Position numbers and translations under genes: made by a program. A DNA stretch of 64,000 bases from Thaumarchaeota archaeon UBA141 (GTDB lineage Archaea; Thermoproteota; Nitrososphaeria; Nitrososphaerales; UBA141). Positions 1 through 9,325 of this stretch are shown piece by piece. The stretch spans positions 51,553 through 115,552 of the forward strand of contig DAEN01000040.1 of the NCBI GenBank assembly GCA_002495315.1, written 5' to 3'. The notes under the pieces were generated by a model, which was given only the letters and a program-made list of their open reading frames with translations, had not been told where the DNA came from and searched no databases. Within the stretch, counting starts at the first letter, position 1; the number at the start of each line of letters is the position of its first letter.

Positions 1-167
1 GAAGCGTATCAACACTTGCATGAGTTTTAAGGATTTTTCACATCTGTTGACGTTTACAAGTTTGTGGAGAGTTCTTCTTAAGACAACTTGGCCAATGCAA
101 GAAAGAGAATCTTCCTTCCGTTGGTTGTTTATCTTTTCATAAGGAGCTTGAAATTCGATATGTAATT

Positions 168-199
168 ATTTTAGGCCATTAATTTAAATGGCCTAAAAT
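168..199. promoter_or_regulatory. Perfect 13-bp inverted repeat overlapping a TATA-like box; probable operator
   Basis: ATTTTAGGCCATT-aattta-AATGGCCTAAAAT; contains TTTAAA about 25-30 nt upstream of the ATG at 213. Confidence 0.6.
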
Positions 200-212
200 C
201 CAGCTACAAGAC

Positions 213-848
213 ATGACAAAGGTCGAAATTTCTGACGAGGATAAATATGCAGCTCATATGTTCTGGCCTCCATCTCCTGTAGTTCTGATCTCATCAATAG
301 ATCGTCAGGGACTTCCTAACGTGGCTCCATTCTCACTAAATCAATTCTACAGTTATATCTCTAGCTATCCACAGGTTATAGTAGTTGGGATCGGAGGCCA
401 CACAGGAAAAATCTCTCTCGGGAAAAAACAAAAACGCACGTACCTCAACATAGCCGAAGTTAAAGACTTCGTAGTTAACATTCCGTCTGAAGGAGATGTC
501 GATAAGGTCTCTGCATTGTCAGTAGAAAAGGGACCATCATTTAACAAATTTGATGCTTCAGGGATGACCTCAATACCGTCACTGAAGGTCAAATCACCCT
601 CAGTTAGAGAATGCAAAGCTCACTTCGAGTGTCAACTGATAAAGATTGATGATTATGGTGGTCAAACCGATCTTATTTTCGGTAGGATTGTAGCTCTTAC
701 TGCTGACGAAGAGATCTCAAAGCTACGTCTTGACGAAAGATTGCAAAGAATGAAACCTCTGTACTACTATGGATCTGGTCCCGGTAAGGGTCTATACTAC
801 TCAGTTGGCCGCGTTGTTGGTGAACGGGATGATTCAAGAAATACGTAG
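213..848 (+). CDS. Flavin reductase-like FMN-binding protein (DIM6/NTAB family)
   Basis: PxPVVLISS..G.PNVAPFS, T..NI....FVVNIP, P.V.EC.AHFEC and G.IV motifs. Confidence 0.85.
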   Translation: MTKVEISDEDKYAAHMFWPPSPVVLISSIDRQGLPNVAPFSLNQFYSYISSYPQVIVVGIGGHTGKISLGKKQKRTYLNIAEVKDFVVNIPSEGDVDKVSALSVEKGPSFNKFDASGMTSIPSLKVKSPSVRECKAHFECQLIKIDDYGGQTDLIFGRIVALTADEEISKLRLDERLQRMKPLYYYGSGPGKGLYYSVGRVVGERDDSRNT

Positions 849-877
849 GTAGCAAAATCTACTAAGTTTCTCTATCA

Positions 878-1570
878 CTATCTGAGTGCTTTTTCAATGT
901 CATATATTGTCCGAGCGGTTACCACATGTGCCCCAAGGGATGAGGGATGGATTGATCTCTCGGAGGTTAGATAATTACTAATTCTGCTCGTGAAATGTCC
1001 CTTTGGAAAACCGCCAACAGCGATCATTGGTTTTTGACTTGAAATAACTTCTTGAGATAGTTGAGATCCAGAAATCAATTTTCCATGGGTAGTGAGTCCA
1101 ATGACAACAGAAGGAGAAGTTTGCATAACTAGTTCTTCAAAAGTTTGAGACCGAATCTGAATTAGTCTAGATGAGTTAACTCCAGAGATTAGATCTTGTC
1201 TAGTGCTTTCTTCAAAAGCTTGCTCAATTAGTCCTGCGAAACGGTGGTAGCTTTTCGGTAATCTGATATTCTTGTCGAAGGCGATAACAAAATCGTTGTA
1301 AGTGTGAACGTAGATTTGAAGCTTAGCTGTGAAAAAGAGAGGCGTATCGTTGGCCTCTAACAAAGAAAAGTGGACCAGATCAGGCCTGCCACGTCGTTCA
1401 GCATCTTTGAGTTGTAGCATTCCACCATGATGAAAGCTCCGATCGAGTAGGACGTGATTTGGATTCTTTCGTTTCTTTCTAACATAACGTTGAATACTTG
1501 GCAATGACCACATTTCCCTTGGAAGAGTTTCTAGAGCAGCTTCAACTAACACAAAGATTAACTCCTCCAA
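878..1570 (-). CDS. nep1: 16S rRNA pseudouridine N1-methyltransferase Nep1/Emg1
   Basis: LLDRSFHH, RGRPDLVH, RLPKSYHRF, VGGFPKGHF SPOUT motifs. Confidence 0.95.
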   Translation of the reverse strand: MEELIFVLVEAALETLPREMWSLPSIQRYVRKKRKNPNHVLLDRSFHHGGMLQLKDAERRGRPDLVHFSLLEANDTPLFFTAKLQIYVHTYNDFVIAFDKNIRLPKSYHRFAGLIEQAFEESTRQDLISGVNSSRLIQIRSQTFEELVMQTSPSVVIGLTTHGKLISGSQLSQEVISSQKPMIAVGGFPKGHFTSRISNYLTSERSIHPSSLGAHVVTARTIYDIEKALR

Positions 1571-1609
1571 CTGGTTATCCTAACAAGATAATCGAGCGGT
1601 GCTTAATCA

Positions 1610-1912
1610 ATGCGTGGGAGGAAAGCTAGATTAAGAGATTCGGCTAGACAACGCGTTGATATTCTTCTCACCAACTCTGTAGATTACGCTCATAGGGATA
1701 TCATCATAGCAAGTAGACAGGCAGAAATTGCGAGAAGAATTTGCCTAAAATATAATCTCCGTCTTCCTTATGAGCAACGACGACTCTTCTGTCGTGGGTG
1801 TAAAAAATTGATAGTTCCTGGAATAAATTCTCGGATTCGAATTCACAATCACCCAAAATCACTGCTAACAACATGTATACGATGCGGACATATTTCACGA
1901 AAAATATTCTAA
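1610..1912 (+). CDS. rnp4: RNase P protein component 4 (Rpp21)
   Basis: A.QRVDILL, RRLFCRGC..LIVPG.NSRIR, CIRCGH zinc ribbon; upstream of rps19e. Confidence 0.93.
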   Translation: MRGRKARLRDSARQRVDILLTNSVDYAHRDIIIASRQAEIARRICLKYNLRLPYEQRRLFCRGCKKLIVPGINSRIRIHNHPKSLLTTCIRCGHISRKIF

Positions 1913-2045
1913 GGGCTATAATAATCCCAAAGTCTTTCTAACAGGTTAGACGAAGTTGGTCTCAGAAATCAATAATACCAATAATGATTACAGTCGGAAC
2001 CCTTATGAGACCGAAGAAATTAGTTACTTCCGTTAGGGAAGACAT

Positions 2046-2504
2046 TTGGCTACGGTACAAGACGTTCCCGCGAATATATTGATCAAGCGACTGGCCGAAG
2101 AACTTCGGCGCAAGTATCCACAAGTGAATAGTCCTGGATGGGCGAGCTATGTTAAGACGGGCTCTCATGTCCAACGCCCTCCCCAGGATAAAGATTGGTG
2201 GTACACTCGTTCTGCCTCTATTTTGCGCAAAATTTATCTCCATGGCCCTATCGGGCATACAGATCTTCGATCACAGTATGGAGGTAGCTGGAGAGTGAGC
2301 TACGCTGCGAAACACCATCGGAATGCAGGTGGTTCCGCAATAGCAGAAGTTCTTCAACAACTGGAAGGAGCGGGACTAGTTGCCAAAGAAGCTAGCAAAG
2401 GAAGGACGGTCACCTCTCGAGGAAGAAGCTTTCTTGATCGACTGAGTAACGAGATATTTAAAACACTGGCGAAAGTAGATCCTAGACTAGAGAAGTATTC
2501 ATAA
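2046..2504 (+). CDS. rps19e: 30S ribosomal protein S19e (TTG start)
   Basis: TVQDVPA, WASYVKTG, RPPQDKDWWYTRSASILRKIY, QQLE.AGLV. Confidence 0.97.
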   Translation: MATVQDVPANILIKRLAEELRRKYPQVNSPGWASYVKTGSHVQRPPQDKDWWYTRSASILRKIYLHGPIGHTDLRSQYGGSWRVSYAAKHHRNAGGSAIAEVLQQLEGAGLVAKEASKGRTVTSRGRSFLDRLSNEIFKTLAKVDPRLEKYS

Positions 2505-2536
2505 CAACTTGCGAAATGGGTGCGAGGGTTACATAG

Positions 2537-2824
2537 TTGGAAACCACATCTGGAGCCGACAATCAGCCTCAGAGAAACGAAGAGGTAGAGAAACAACGTC
2601 TGATCAGAGAACAAATGCTTAGAGTTCTATTAACATCTGATGCTCGCGATCGACTTAACAACGTAAGGATTGTTAAACCAGAAATTGCCAAGAGCATAGA
2701 AAGTCAATTAATGCAACTAGCGAGTACAGGCCGTGTTAAGCGTCCGATTAACGACGACGAGCTTAAGGAGCTATTGTCCTCATTTCAACAACCAAAACGA
2801 GATTTCAAGATAAAGTGGGTGTAA
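2537..2824 (+). CDS. PDCD5-family DNA-binding protein
   Basis: [30 protein letters not shown]; usual position after rps19e. Confidence 0.92.
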   Translation: METTSGADNQPQRNEEVEKQRLIREQMLRVLLTSDARDRLNNVRIVKPEIAKSIESQLMQLASTGRVKRPINDDELKELLSSFQQPKRDFKIKWV

Positions 2825-2829
2825 TAGAA

Positions 2830-2988
2830 ATGACATCACGACTCCCCGGTGGCGTTAAGAAGAGACTCATGTCAAAAAATAGACAAAACTCTCCAGTCCC
2901 TACATGGGTTACTGTTCGGACGAAGCGGAAAGTGCGTACTAATCCAAAAAGAAGAATGTGGCGGCGGAAAAAGTTGAAGGTGAAGTAA
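2830..2988 (+). CDS. rpl39e: 50S ribosomal protein L39e (52 aa, absent from ORF track)
   Basis: Hand translation [57 protein letters not shown] overlap with rpl31e. Confidence 0.96.
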   Translation: MTSRLPGGVKKRLMSKNRQNSPVPTWVTVRTKRKVRTNPKRRMWRRKKLKVK

Positions 2989-3419
2989 TGTCGTCACAAG
3001 AGAAGACCTCTACCTCCAGGATTTACACAGTCCCCTTAGGTCGTGCGTGGGTATCTCCACGACGACATCGGACCAAGCGAGCCATTAACATGATTCGCGA
3101 ATTCGCGATGCGACATATGAAATCTTCAGAAGTAAAAATCGACCAGGGCCTTAGCGAAGAGATCTGGAGTCGAGGAATCGAAAAACCTCCGCGCCGAATT
3201 ACTGTTAAGATGGATAAGGGAGAAGACGGTATTGTTACAGTTTCTCATCTACCAATTGATAATAAAACAACAATAAAGGAATCAAAGCCAGCTTCACAAG
3301 CTGAAGTAAAGGAATCAAAGCCAGCTTCACAAGCTGAAGTAAAGGATACAGTGACAGATTCCGAGACCGAGGGCGTCTCTAAAGACTCTTCTTCACTCGA
3401 GCAAGGTAAGTCGGGGTAG
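2988..3419 (+). CDS. rpl31e: 50S ribosomal protein L31e with a charged, low-complexity C-terminal extension
   Basis: RIYTVPL, RTKRAINMIREF..RHMK, IW.RGI.KPPRRI.VK; ATG 2988 overlaps the rpl39e stop. Confidence 0.95.
   Translation: MSSQEKTSTSRIYTVPLGRAWVSPRRHRTKRAINMIREFAMRHMKSSEVKIDQGLSEEIWSRGIEKPPRRITVKMDKGEDGIVTVSHLPIDNKTTIKESKPASQAEVKESKPASQAEVKDTVTDSETEGVSKDSSSLEQGKSG
3274..3346 (+). repeat. 33-bp in-frame tandem duplication (2.2 copies) in the rpl31e tail
   Basis: TAAAGGAATCAAAGCCAGCTTCACAAGCTGAAG x2 + TAAAGGA; encodes KESKPASQAEV twice. Confidence 0.95.
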
Positions 3420-4457
3420 ACTTTCATCGACGAATGAATCCATGCTATCATCAATCTCTTTGCCCTTCAAAACCTCGGATAAAGGATCGTAACTGTCGAA
3501 CTTGGTTCTACTTAATCCAGAAGCTAGAAGAACAGCAGTCGTACTTGATTTACTATTTGTACTCAAGCCGTATTGTACTCCAACCTTTCCGCGTCCCAGT
3601 AGTGAATGTACGTGGGCCACAGAACTGGCCACGTCGGCAGTAGATATCGACGCATCGCTTGAAAGATGAAGAATCGCACTCTCCGCATCATCGATATTTC
3701 CAATTTGGCCAACAGATTGGATAGCTTCCATAACTGCTGCTTCTACTCGATTGAGTGCTGTGGAGGAACCAAGGCCTAGGACAGAATAGCCTGTAGAAGA
3801 GTTCGTTTCTGCAACCTTGGCTAACCCAACATTCTGAGGTCCATTAGTCGTAGATGTAAGGAGCGCACTGAGCGCTGCCACTATCTTGGTGTTTATGGCT
3901 GCATATGCTGACAAAAGAGGTGTCCGCGGTGAGTATTCTAAGAACATATCATTATCAATTGCAATGACCGCATCTGCCAATTTCTTCAGTTTATTCAAAG
4001 AAAGTGCAGAGTAGAAGTGGCGACTTTTCTCGAACTTGAAGGGCATAACTACGACTGCAACTAACATTTTTCCACAATCATGAACTATTTGGCTTATTGC
4101 TGGAGTAAGAGCAGATCCAACCGTTCCGCCAAGACCTGAAACTATGATAACTACACCTGCGTCGCTAAGCATATTTCGAATTTGATTGAGGTGGCTGTGA
4201 GCTAATCCGCGAACGGAACTGACAGACATTCTCCCTCGAAAAGGGAGATCAACCAGAATCTTATCAGCCTGTTGAGAATCAGAGAAATCTTCCTTATCGG
4301 TACTCACCATAAGGAACTGATGAATAGGAACTTTAGCGCTTACAATTTCCGTTCCAATCCGGCAACCAGCAGTACCTATACCGATGCAGATCGTCTTTTC
4401 TGATGATACCATCTTTGTAGGTTCACTTGAGGGACTCTCCCATGTGGAGGCATTCAT
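3393..4457 (-). CDS. ftsZ: Divergent thaumarchaeal FtsZ/tubulin-family protein
   Basis: IGIGTAG, SGLGGTVGS (degenerate tubulin signature), VMPFKFE, IDND, C-terminal YDPL; overlaps rpl31e convergently by 27 nt. Confidence 0.8.
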   Translation of the reverse strand: MNASTWESPSSEPTKMVSSEKTICIGIGTAGCRIGTEIVSAKVPIHQFLMVSTDKEDFSDSQQADKILVDLPFRGRMSVSSVRGLAHSHLNQIRNMLSDAGVVIIVSGLGGTVGSALTPAISQIVHDCGKMLVAVVVMPFKFEKSRHFYSALSLNKLKKLADAVIAIDNDMFLEYSPRTPLLSAYAAINTKIVAALSALLTSTTNGPQNVGLAKVAETNSSTGYSVLGLGSSTALNRVEAAVMEAIQSVGQIGNIDDAESAILHLSSDASISTADVASSVAHVHSLLGRGKVGVQYGLSTNSKSSTTAVLLASGLSRTKFDSYDPLSEVLKGKEIDDSMDSFVDESLPRLTLLE

Positions 4458-4482
4458 TAGACGTTCTTCTGTAAAGAATCAC

Positions 4483-5850
4483 TTAATTGCCATGCGACTG
4501 AAAAGGTTTAACCGATGCTGAATCTGTTTTCACACAATCTTCATTCTTCACAGTTCCAATAAGACAATTGCTTGATGTTGACATGACTTTGACCTTGACT
4601 TTCATGCCAAGCATGTCCCTTGACGACAATTGCAAGAAAACAGGCTTATACGCAAAGTTTCGCCCAATAAATCCTCCCCGTACCTTCTCATCAATGAGCA
4701 CAGATCCTTCATAACCTAACCATTGATCATTTTGTTTCTGCGAAATAGCTCGCACGATCTTATGAAGCGACTGCGTTCGTTCCTTTATAATCTCAGGACG
4801 CACTTGGACCATTTTGGCAGCTCTAGTTCCCATCCGAGGGCTAAATCGAGAGAGATTGACTGTATCTGGATGAACTGTTTTTAGTAGATTAACCGAAGAT
4901 TCAAAGTCCTCTTCCGTCTCTCCTGGAAAACCCACAATAATATCTGTGCTTAGAGCTATCTTCGGAAATTTGTTTCGAAAAGCAGATACTATATCGAGAA
5001 AATCTTCAGCACTGTGGCCTCGCGACATCGAACGAAGAATTTCATCGCTACCACTCTGAACTGGGAGGTGAAGAAATTTGAAAACTTTGGGACTGCGATA
5101 AGCTTCTATTAGGTTATGGTGAATCTTCATGATAAAGAGCGGATTCATCATTCCTACCCTTATGAGGAAGTCTCCTTTACTGTGAGTAACAGCAGTTACG
5201 AGATAAGCCATATTGGTACCTATGTCATGACCATACGGTCCATTATCTGTAGAAGTTAGCCAAATCTCTTTGTACCCCGTATTCACAGCTGTCTGAACTT
5301 GTTTGACGACCATTTTGGGGGAGAAGCTGGAGAGATGTCCCTTTGCCAACTTTGTTGCACAGAATGAGCAGTGACTCAGGCAACCTGTAGCTACTTGTAT
5401 TACATCTATGACTTTTGAGGTTCTAACCTTTGGAAGGAGAAGCTTAGGCCTAAGATCATCTTCAAGATGAAGAATTCTTTTGCCATTCAGACTACCATGA
5501 ACGACGTCCAGAGTTTTTTCTAGAGAACGAGGCCCAATCATCGAAGCTGATGGATCTAGTTTCTCAATGATCTCCTTTTCATTTTTCGGTAAACAACCGG
5601 CTACAATTAACGGCTTACCAGTCTTTGAGAGCTCTCGAATTCGATGTAACATTCTTTGCTCAGTGGCAGTTTTCACCGTGCAAGTAATGATGATATTGAG
5701 ATCAGGACTTGTATATTGACTATGAATGTCACCATGTCTTTCTACATGGAACTTAGCGTCACTTAGTATTCCTTTGACGATCTCAGAATCAGATAGACTT
5801 GCACTGCATCCATAGCTCTCAAGATGAATACTAGGAGTCTTGTCAGTCAC
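4483..5850 (-). CDS. mtaB: tRNA t6A37 methylthiotransferase (e-MtaB/CDKAL1-like radical SAM with TRAM domain)
   Basis: SYGCS..DSE, TCTVK, VAGC, GCLSHCSFC, HLPVQSGSD, TDIIVGFPGET; likely start GTG 5850 (ORF open to 5880). Confidence 0.9.
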   Translation of the reverse strand: MTDKTPSIHLESYGCSASLSDSEIVKGILSDAKFHVERHGDIHSQYTSPDLNIIITCTVKTATEQRMLHRIRELSKTGKPLIVAGCLPKNEKEIIEKLDPSASMIGPRSLEKTLDVVHGSLNGKRILHLEDDLRPKLLLPKVRTSKVIDVIQVATGCLSHCSFCATKLAKGHLSSFSPKMVVKQVQTAVNTGYKEIWLTSTDNGPYGHDIGTNMAYLVTAVTHSKGDFLIRVGMMNPLFIMKIHHNLIEAYRSPKVFKFLHLPVQSGSDEILRSMSRGHSAEDFLDIVSAFRNKFPKIALSTDIIVGFPGETEEDFESSVNLLKTVHPDTVNLSRFSPRMGTRAAKMVQVRPEIIKERTQSLHKIVRAISQKQNDQWLGYEGSVLIDEKVRGGFIGRNFAYKPVFLQLSSRDMLGMKVKVKVMSTSSNCLIGTVKNEDCVKTDSASVKPFQSHGN

Positions 5851-5860
5851 TTGAGAATCA

Positions 5861-6193
5861 TCACTGCGAGCCACCGCCAATTGGAGGAAGAATTACAATC
5901 TCGTCTCCTCCCTTGAGAACAACCAGGCCAAATTTATCTTCCTCGACCGTCTGACCATTCACTAGTATTGTCAGACCTTCCCTCAAGCGATCATCTCTAA
6001 AGACAAACTCCTCAAGCTTAGATCCATGTGTCTGAACTATCTTTTTGATTGCTTGCTCTATAGTTATCCTCGGGCCAAGAACTATAATTTCCTCCTTCAT
6101 TCCCGTAATTTCCCGCATAATCGCAAAATATTTCACAGTTACTGAGCTCTGTCCCTCTTGCGAAGGTGAATTGTCATCTTTTCTAGTCGTCAT
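5861..6193 (-). CDS. MoaD/ThiS/SAMP-type ubiquitin-like protein ending GGG-SQ
   Basis: VKYFA..REITG, ILVNG, LKGGDEIVILPPIGG; start ATG 6193 preferred. Confidence 0.9.
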   Translation of the reverse strand: MTTRKDDNSPSQEGQSSVTVKYFAIMREITGMKEEIIVLGPRITIEQAIKKIVQTHGSKLEEFVFRDDRLREGLTILVNGQTVEEDKFGLVVLKGGDEIVILPPIGGGSQ

Positions 6194-6273
6194 GATCAAT
6201 TTCTTATAATTATCTGGATATGAAAAGATAGTACAAAACACAAAGCCTAGGGATCACATCTTACACCGCTACA

Positions 6274-7815
6274 TTACGTGTTTGACGTACTTGCAATGCG
6301 TATTTTCCGCCAATTCAAGCTAATACTGCGAGGATGTGAGGCTTGGACTTCATTTAGTCTGCCGACTGTTGTGAATTTGGGTCGAGCTCTTAATTCATTT
6401 GGATTACTGAGTGCTATTTCTCCAATACGATTCAGGGCTCCAGCATACGTATTTAGATTTTCCACAGCCTCAGTCTCTGTTGGCTCTATCATCATAGCTT
6501 CTTGGATGGTCAATGGGAAATAGATCGTTGGGGCATGCAATCCATCGTCAAGTAGAGACTTTGCTAGATCAGTTGCTCGTGTTCCGACTTTATCTCGTAA
6601 TGGTTTAGCACTAACCACAAACTCGTGCTTTCTGGGTAGTCCTTGGTTGTAAGGGAGATCATATGACTTTTTCGATAGTTTTTGCAGTAGGTAGTTGGCA
6701 GCTAAGACAGCCTGTCCCGAAACTTGTCTGAGCCCTTCTTCCCCTAACATCATGATGTATACATATGCTCTAAAAAGCACTCCTATGTTTCCATAGAAAT
6801 CTTTGATCTTTCCGATGCTTTTTGGCATGTTAGACTCGTCAAAAAAATAACGTTCACCATCATGTTCAATAAGAGGAATAGGAAGAAATTCCTCAAGCTC
6901 TTTCACTACTGCTACTGGACCAGCTCCGGGACCTCCACCGCCATGAGGAGTAGAAAAAGTCTTGTGAAGGTTCAAATGCACTATATCAAATCCCAGGTCA
7001 CAAGGTCTGACTCGACCAAGGAGTGCGTTCATATTTGCTCCATCATAGTACATGAGTCCTCCAGCATCATGGATTATTCCCGCGATTTGCTCAACGTTCT
7101 TCTCGAATAGACCATAAGTGTTGGGAACTGTGAGCATCATTCCAGCAGTATGTTTGGAAACTATGTTCTCGACTGCTTTAACGTCAACCAGTCCTTCTGT
7201 ATCAGAGGGGATTTTAACAACGTTGAATCCCGCGTTTGCTGCACTTGCTGGATTTGTTCCATGCGCGGAGTCGGGAACTAACATTTCATTACGGTCATTT
7301 TCTTCTCTCTCTTGGTTTCGCTTCTGCATTATTAGGGCGCCCACAAATTCTCCCTGGGCACCAGCAGCTGGTGCAAGAGATACCCGCTTAGCACCGCTAA
7401 TCTCTTCTAGCATCTTAGAAAGCTCGTACAGGATTTTCAGAATTCCCTGGACAGTTTCAGGAGATTGGTTGGGATGACTTCTCGTGATCTTAGGGTTTAT
7501 TGCAAGACATTCTGCGATCTTTGGATTGTATTTCATCGTACAGCTGCCAAGAGGATACATTCCTAGATCGACAGCAAAATTCATCTGAGAGAGACGAGTA
7601 AAATGCCTGACAACTTGAGGTTCTGATAGGGAAGGCAGGTCTAGGTCATTTTCTCTTTTCATGAGTTCAGGTATACAATTCAGGGCCTTTTTTTCTTCTG
7701 TTCCTTCTATTCTAGGAAGGGAATGTCCCAGTCTCCCTTTCTGGCTCTGCTCAATCAAGAGAGGTTCATTCCAGATTGCTTGTTGGTAGTGATTACGGGT
7801 GGTCATAATCATCAA
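6274..7815 (-). CDS. gcvPB: Glycine dehydrogenase (decarboxylating) subunit 2
   Basis: YPLGSCTMKYNP, PAAGAQGE, SAHGTNPASA, HLNLHKTFSTPHGGGGPG. Confidence 0.96.
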   Translation of the reverse strand: MMIMTTRNHYQQAIWNEPLLIEQSQKGRLGHSLPRIEGTEEKKALNCIPELMKRENDLDLPSLSEPQVVRHFTRLSQMNFAVDLGMYPLGSCTMKYNPKIAECLAINPKITRSHPNQSPETVQGILKILYELSKMLEEISGAKRVSLAPAAGAQGEFVGALIMQKRNQEREENDRNEMLVPDSAHGTNPASAANAGFNVVKIPSDTEGLVDVKAVENIVSKHTAGMMLTVPNTYGLFEKNVEQIAGIIHDAGGLMYYDGANMNALLGRVRPCDLGFDIVHLNLHKTFSTPHGGGGPGAGPVAVVKELEEFLPIPLIEHDGERYFFDESNMPKSIGKIKDFYGNIGVLFRAYVYIMMLGEEGLRQVSGQAVLAANYLLQKLSKKSYDLPYNQGLPRKHEFVVSAKPLRDKVGTRATDLAKSLLDDGLHAPTIYFPLTIQEAMMIEPTETEAVENLNTYAGALNRIGEIALSNPNELRARPKFTTVGRLNEVQASHPRSISLNWRKIRIASTSNT

Positions 7816-7820
7816 ACATC

Positions 7821-9233
7821 CTAATCTCTTAGTTCTGAAGACAATGCAAGAACTAATTGCTCGATTTCTTCTCTCTTATGAATCTCAGTTACACAAAAGA
7901 GGGCAGAATCTTTAAGGCCTTTGAAATATTGTCCCAGAGGATATGCTGCGTGGATACCTCTAAGGCCTAGCCGTAGATGTAGGTCTGTCGTAGTCCTTTG
8001 TTTTTCCTTCTTCCCTAAAACCTCGACTACAAACTCTTTGAAGAACGCTCCCGTGAACAGCGGGGATTTTACTTCATCCAGGGACGCGATTTGTTCAGCT
8101 GCTAGATGGGAATTTGAAAGAATTTTTGCACCGATCTTCCTAAGGCCTTCACCTCCAATAAGTGAAAGATATGCAGCTACACTTACTGCTAATAGTGATT
8201 GGTTCGTACAGATATTAGATGTAGCTCCCTCTCGCCTGATGTGCTGTTCGCGCGTTTGAAGGATCATACTGAAACCCCTTTGACCATTTTCTTGAGTGGA
8301 AGTTAGACCGATTATTCTGCCAGGCATTTCGCGCAGGAATGATAAGTCTCCGCGTGCCGCGAAGACCCCAATAGTAGGTCCCCCAAAGTTCATGTGAAGT
8401 CCAATTGACTGTCCATCTCCAACTACAATATCTGCTCCATAATCACCAGGAGACTTTAGGACTCCAAGAGAAATCGGATCGATCCCTACGATCATTAGAG
8501 CATCCCGTGAATGGATCTCCTCTGCTAACGACGCCCCTTGCGTCTCGATTACTCCAAAGAAATTTGGATTTTCAATGTAAACTGCTGCTGTATTGTCATC
8601 AAAAAGGTCTAGTATTTTCTCTGTACTCGACTCTCCGGTCTGCCAGTCAAAATCTGCTACCTTGATCTCTATGCTTAGAGGTTTGCAATAGATCTGAAGA
8701 ACATCAAGACGTTCGGGACCACATGAGGCTGAGACAACAATATTTCGTTTGCGTTTTACTCTTACCGCCATCCTGGCCGCTTCCCCTAATGCGGACGCCC
8801 AATCATACATGGAACAGTTGGCGGCATCCATGCCTGTAATATCACAAATAAGGCTCTGATACTCAAAAAGGGTCTGAAGCATTCCTTGACTTATTTCAGG
8901 TTGATACGGAGTGTACGCAGTGTAGAACTCAGATCTCGACGTGATCGCATCCACTGCAGCGGGGACATAATGTGGTGCTATGCCTCCCCCAAGAAAACAA
9001 GGATATTCTGGATATGTTCTATTTTTGTTGAGGATTTTCTCAACATTACTAGATAATTCCCACTCAGTTGAAGAGGGGGGTAGTTTCAGAGGTTTAGACA
9101 GACGAAGGTGTTCTGGAATATCTGAAAAGAGTTCCTCAATTGAGCTAACACCAATCTCATTAAGCATTTGACGCGTTATGTGATCAGGAGAATTGGGCAG
9201 GTAATGATGCCTTGTTTTTTCTATCTTAACCAG
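7821..9233 (-). CDS. gcvPA: Glycine dehydrogenase subunit 1 (probable CTG start at 9233; first ATG at 9167)
   Basis: SRSEFYTAYTPYQPEISQG, QTREQHIRRE.ATSNICTNQ; N-terminal HYLPN motif lies upstream of the ATG. Confidence 0.95.
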   Translation of the reverse strand: MVKIEKTRHHYLPNSPDHITRQMLNEIGVSSIEELFSDIPEHLRLSKPLKLPPSSTEWELSSNVEKILNKNRTYPEYPCFLGGGIAPHYVPAAVDAITSRSEFYTAYTPYQPEISQGMLQTLFEYQSLICDITGMDAANCSMYDWASALGEAARMAVRVKRKRNIVVSASCGPERLDVLQIYCKPLSIEIKVADFDWQTGESSTEKILDLFDDNTAAVYIENPNFFGVIETQGASLAEEIHSRDALMIVGIDPISLGVLKSPGDYGADIVVGDGQSIGLHMNFGGPTIGVFAARGDLSFLREMPGRIIGLTSTQENGQRGFSMILQTREQHIRREGATSNICTNQSLLAVSVAAYLSLIGGEGLRKIGAKILSNSHLAAEQIASLDEVKSPLFTGAFFKEFVVEVLGKKEKQRTTTDLHLRLGLRGIHAAYPLGQYFKGLKDSALFCVTEIHKREEIEQLVLALSSELRD

Positions 9234-9325
9234 TTAGTGGTCACACTAACCCCTTGATATCATAATGCTAGATAAAAAGCCCTCCACCAAGGAAAGCAAT
9301 AAACCAAACAGAGTGGCGCAAGGAA

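Noticed and set aside
5850..5880. Possible frameshift fusion of the ubiquitin-like protein to MtaB
   Set aside because: No slippery sequence is evident and a GTG start at 5850 explains mtaB
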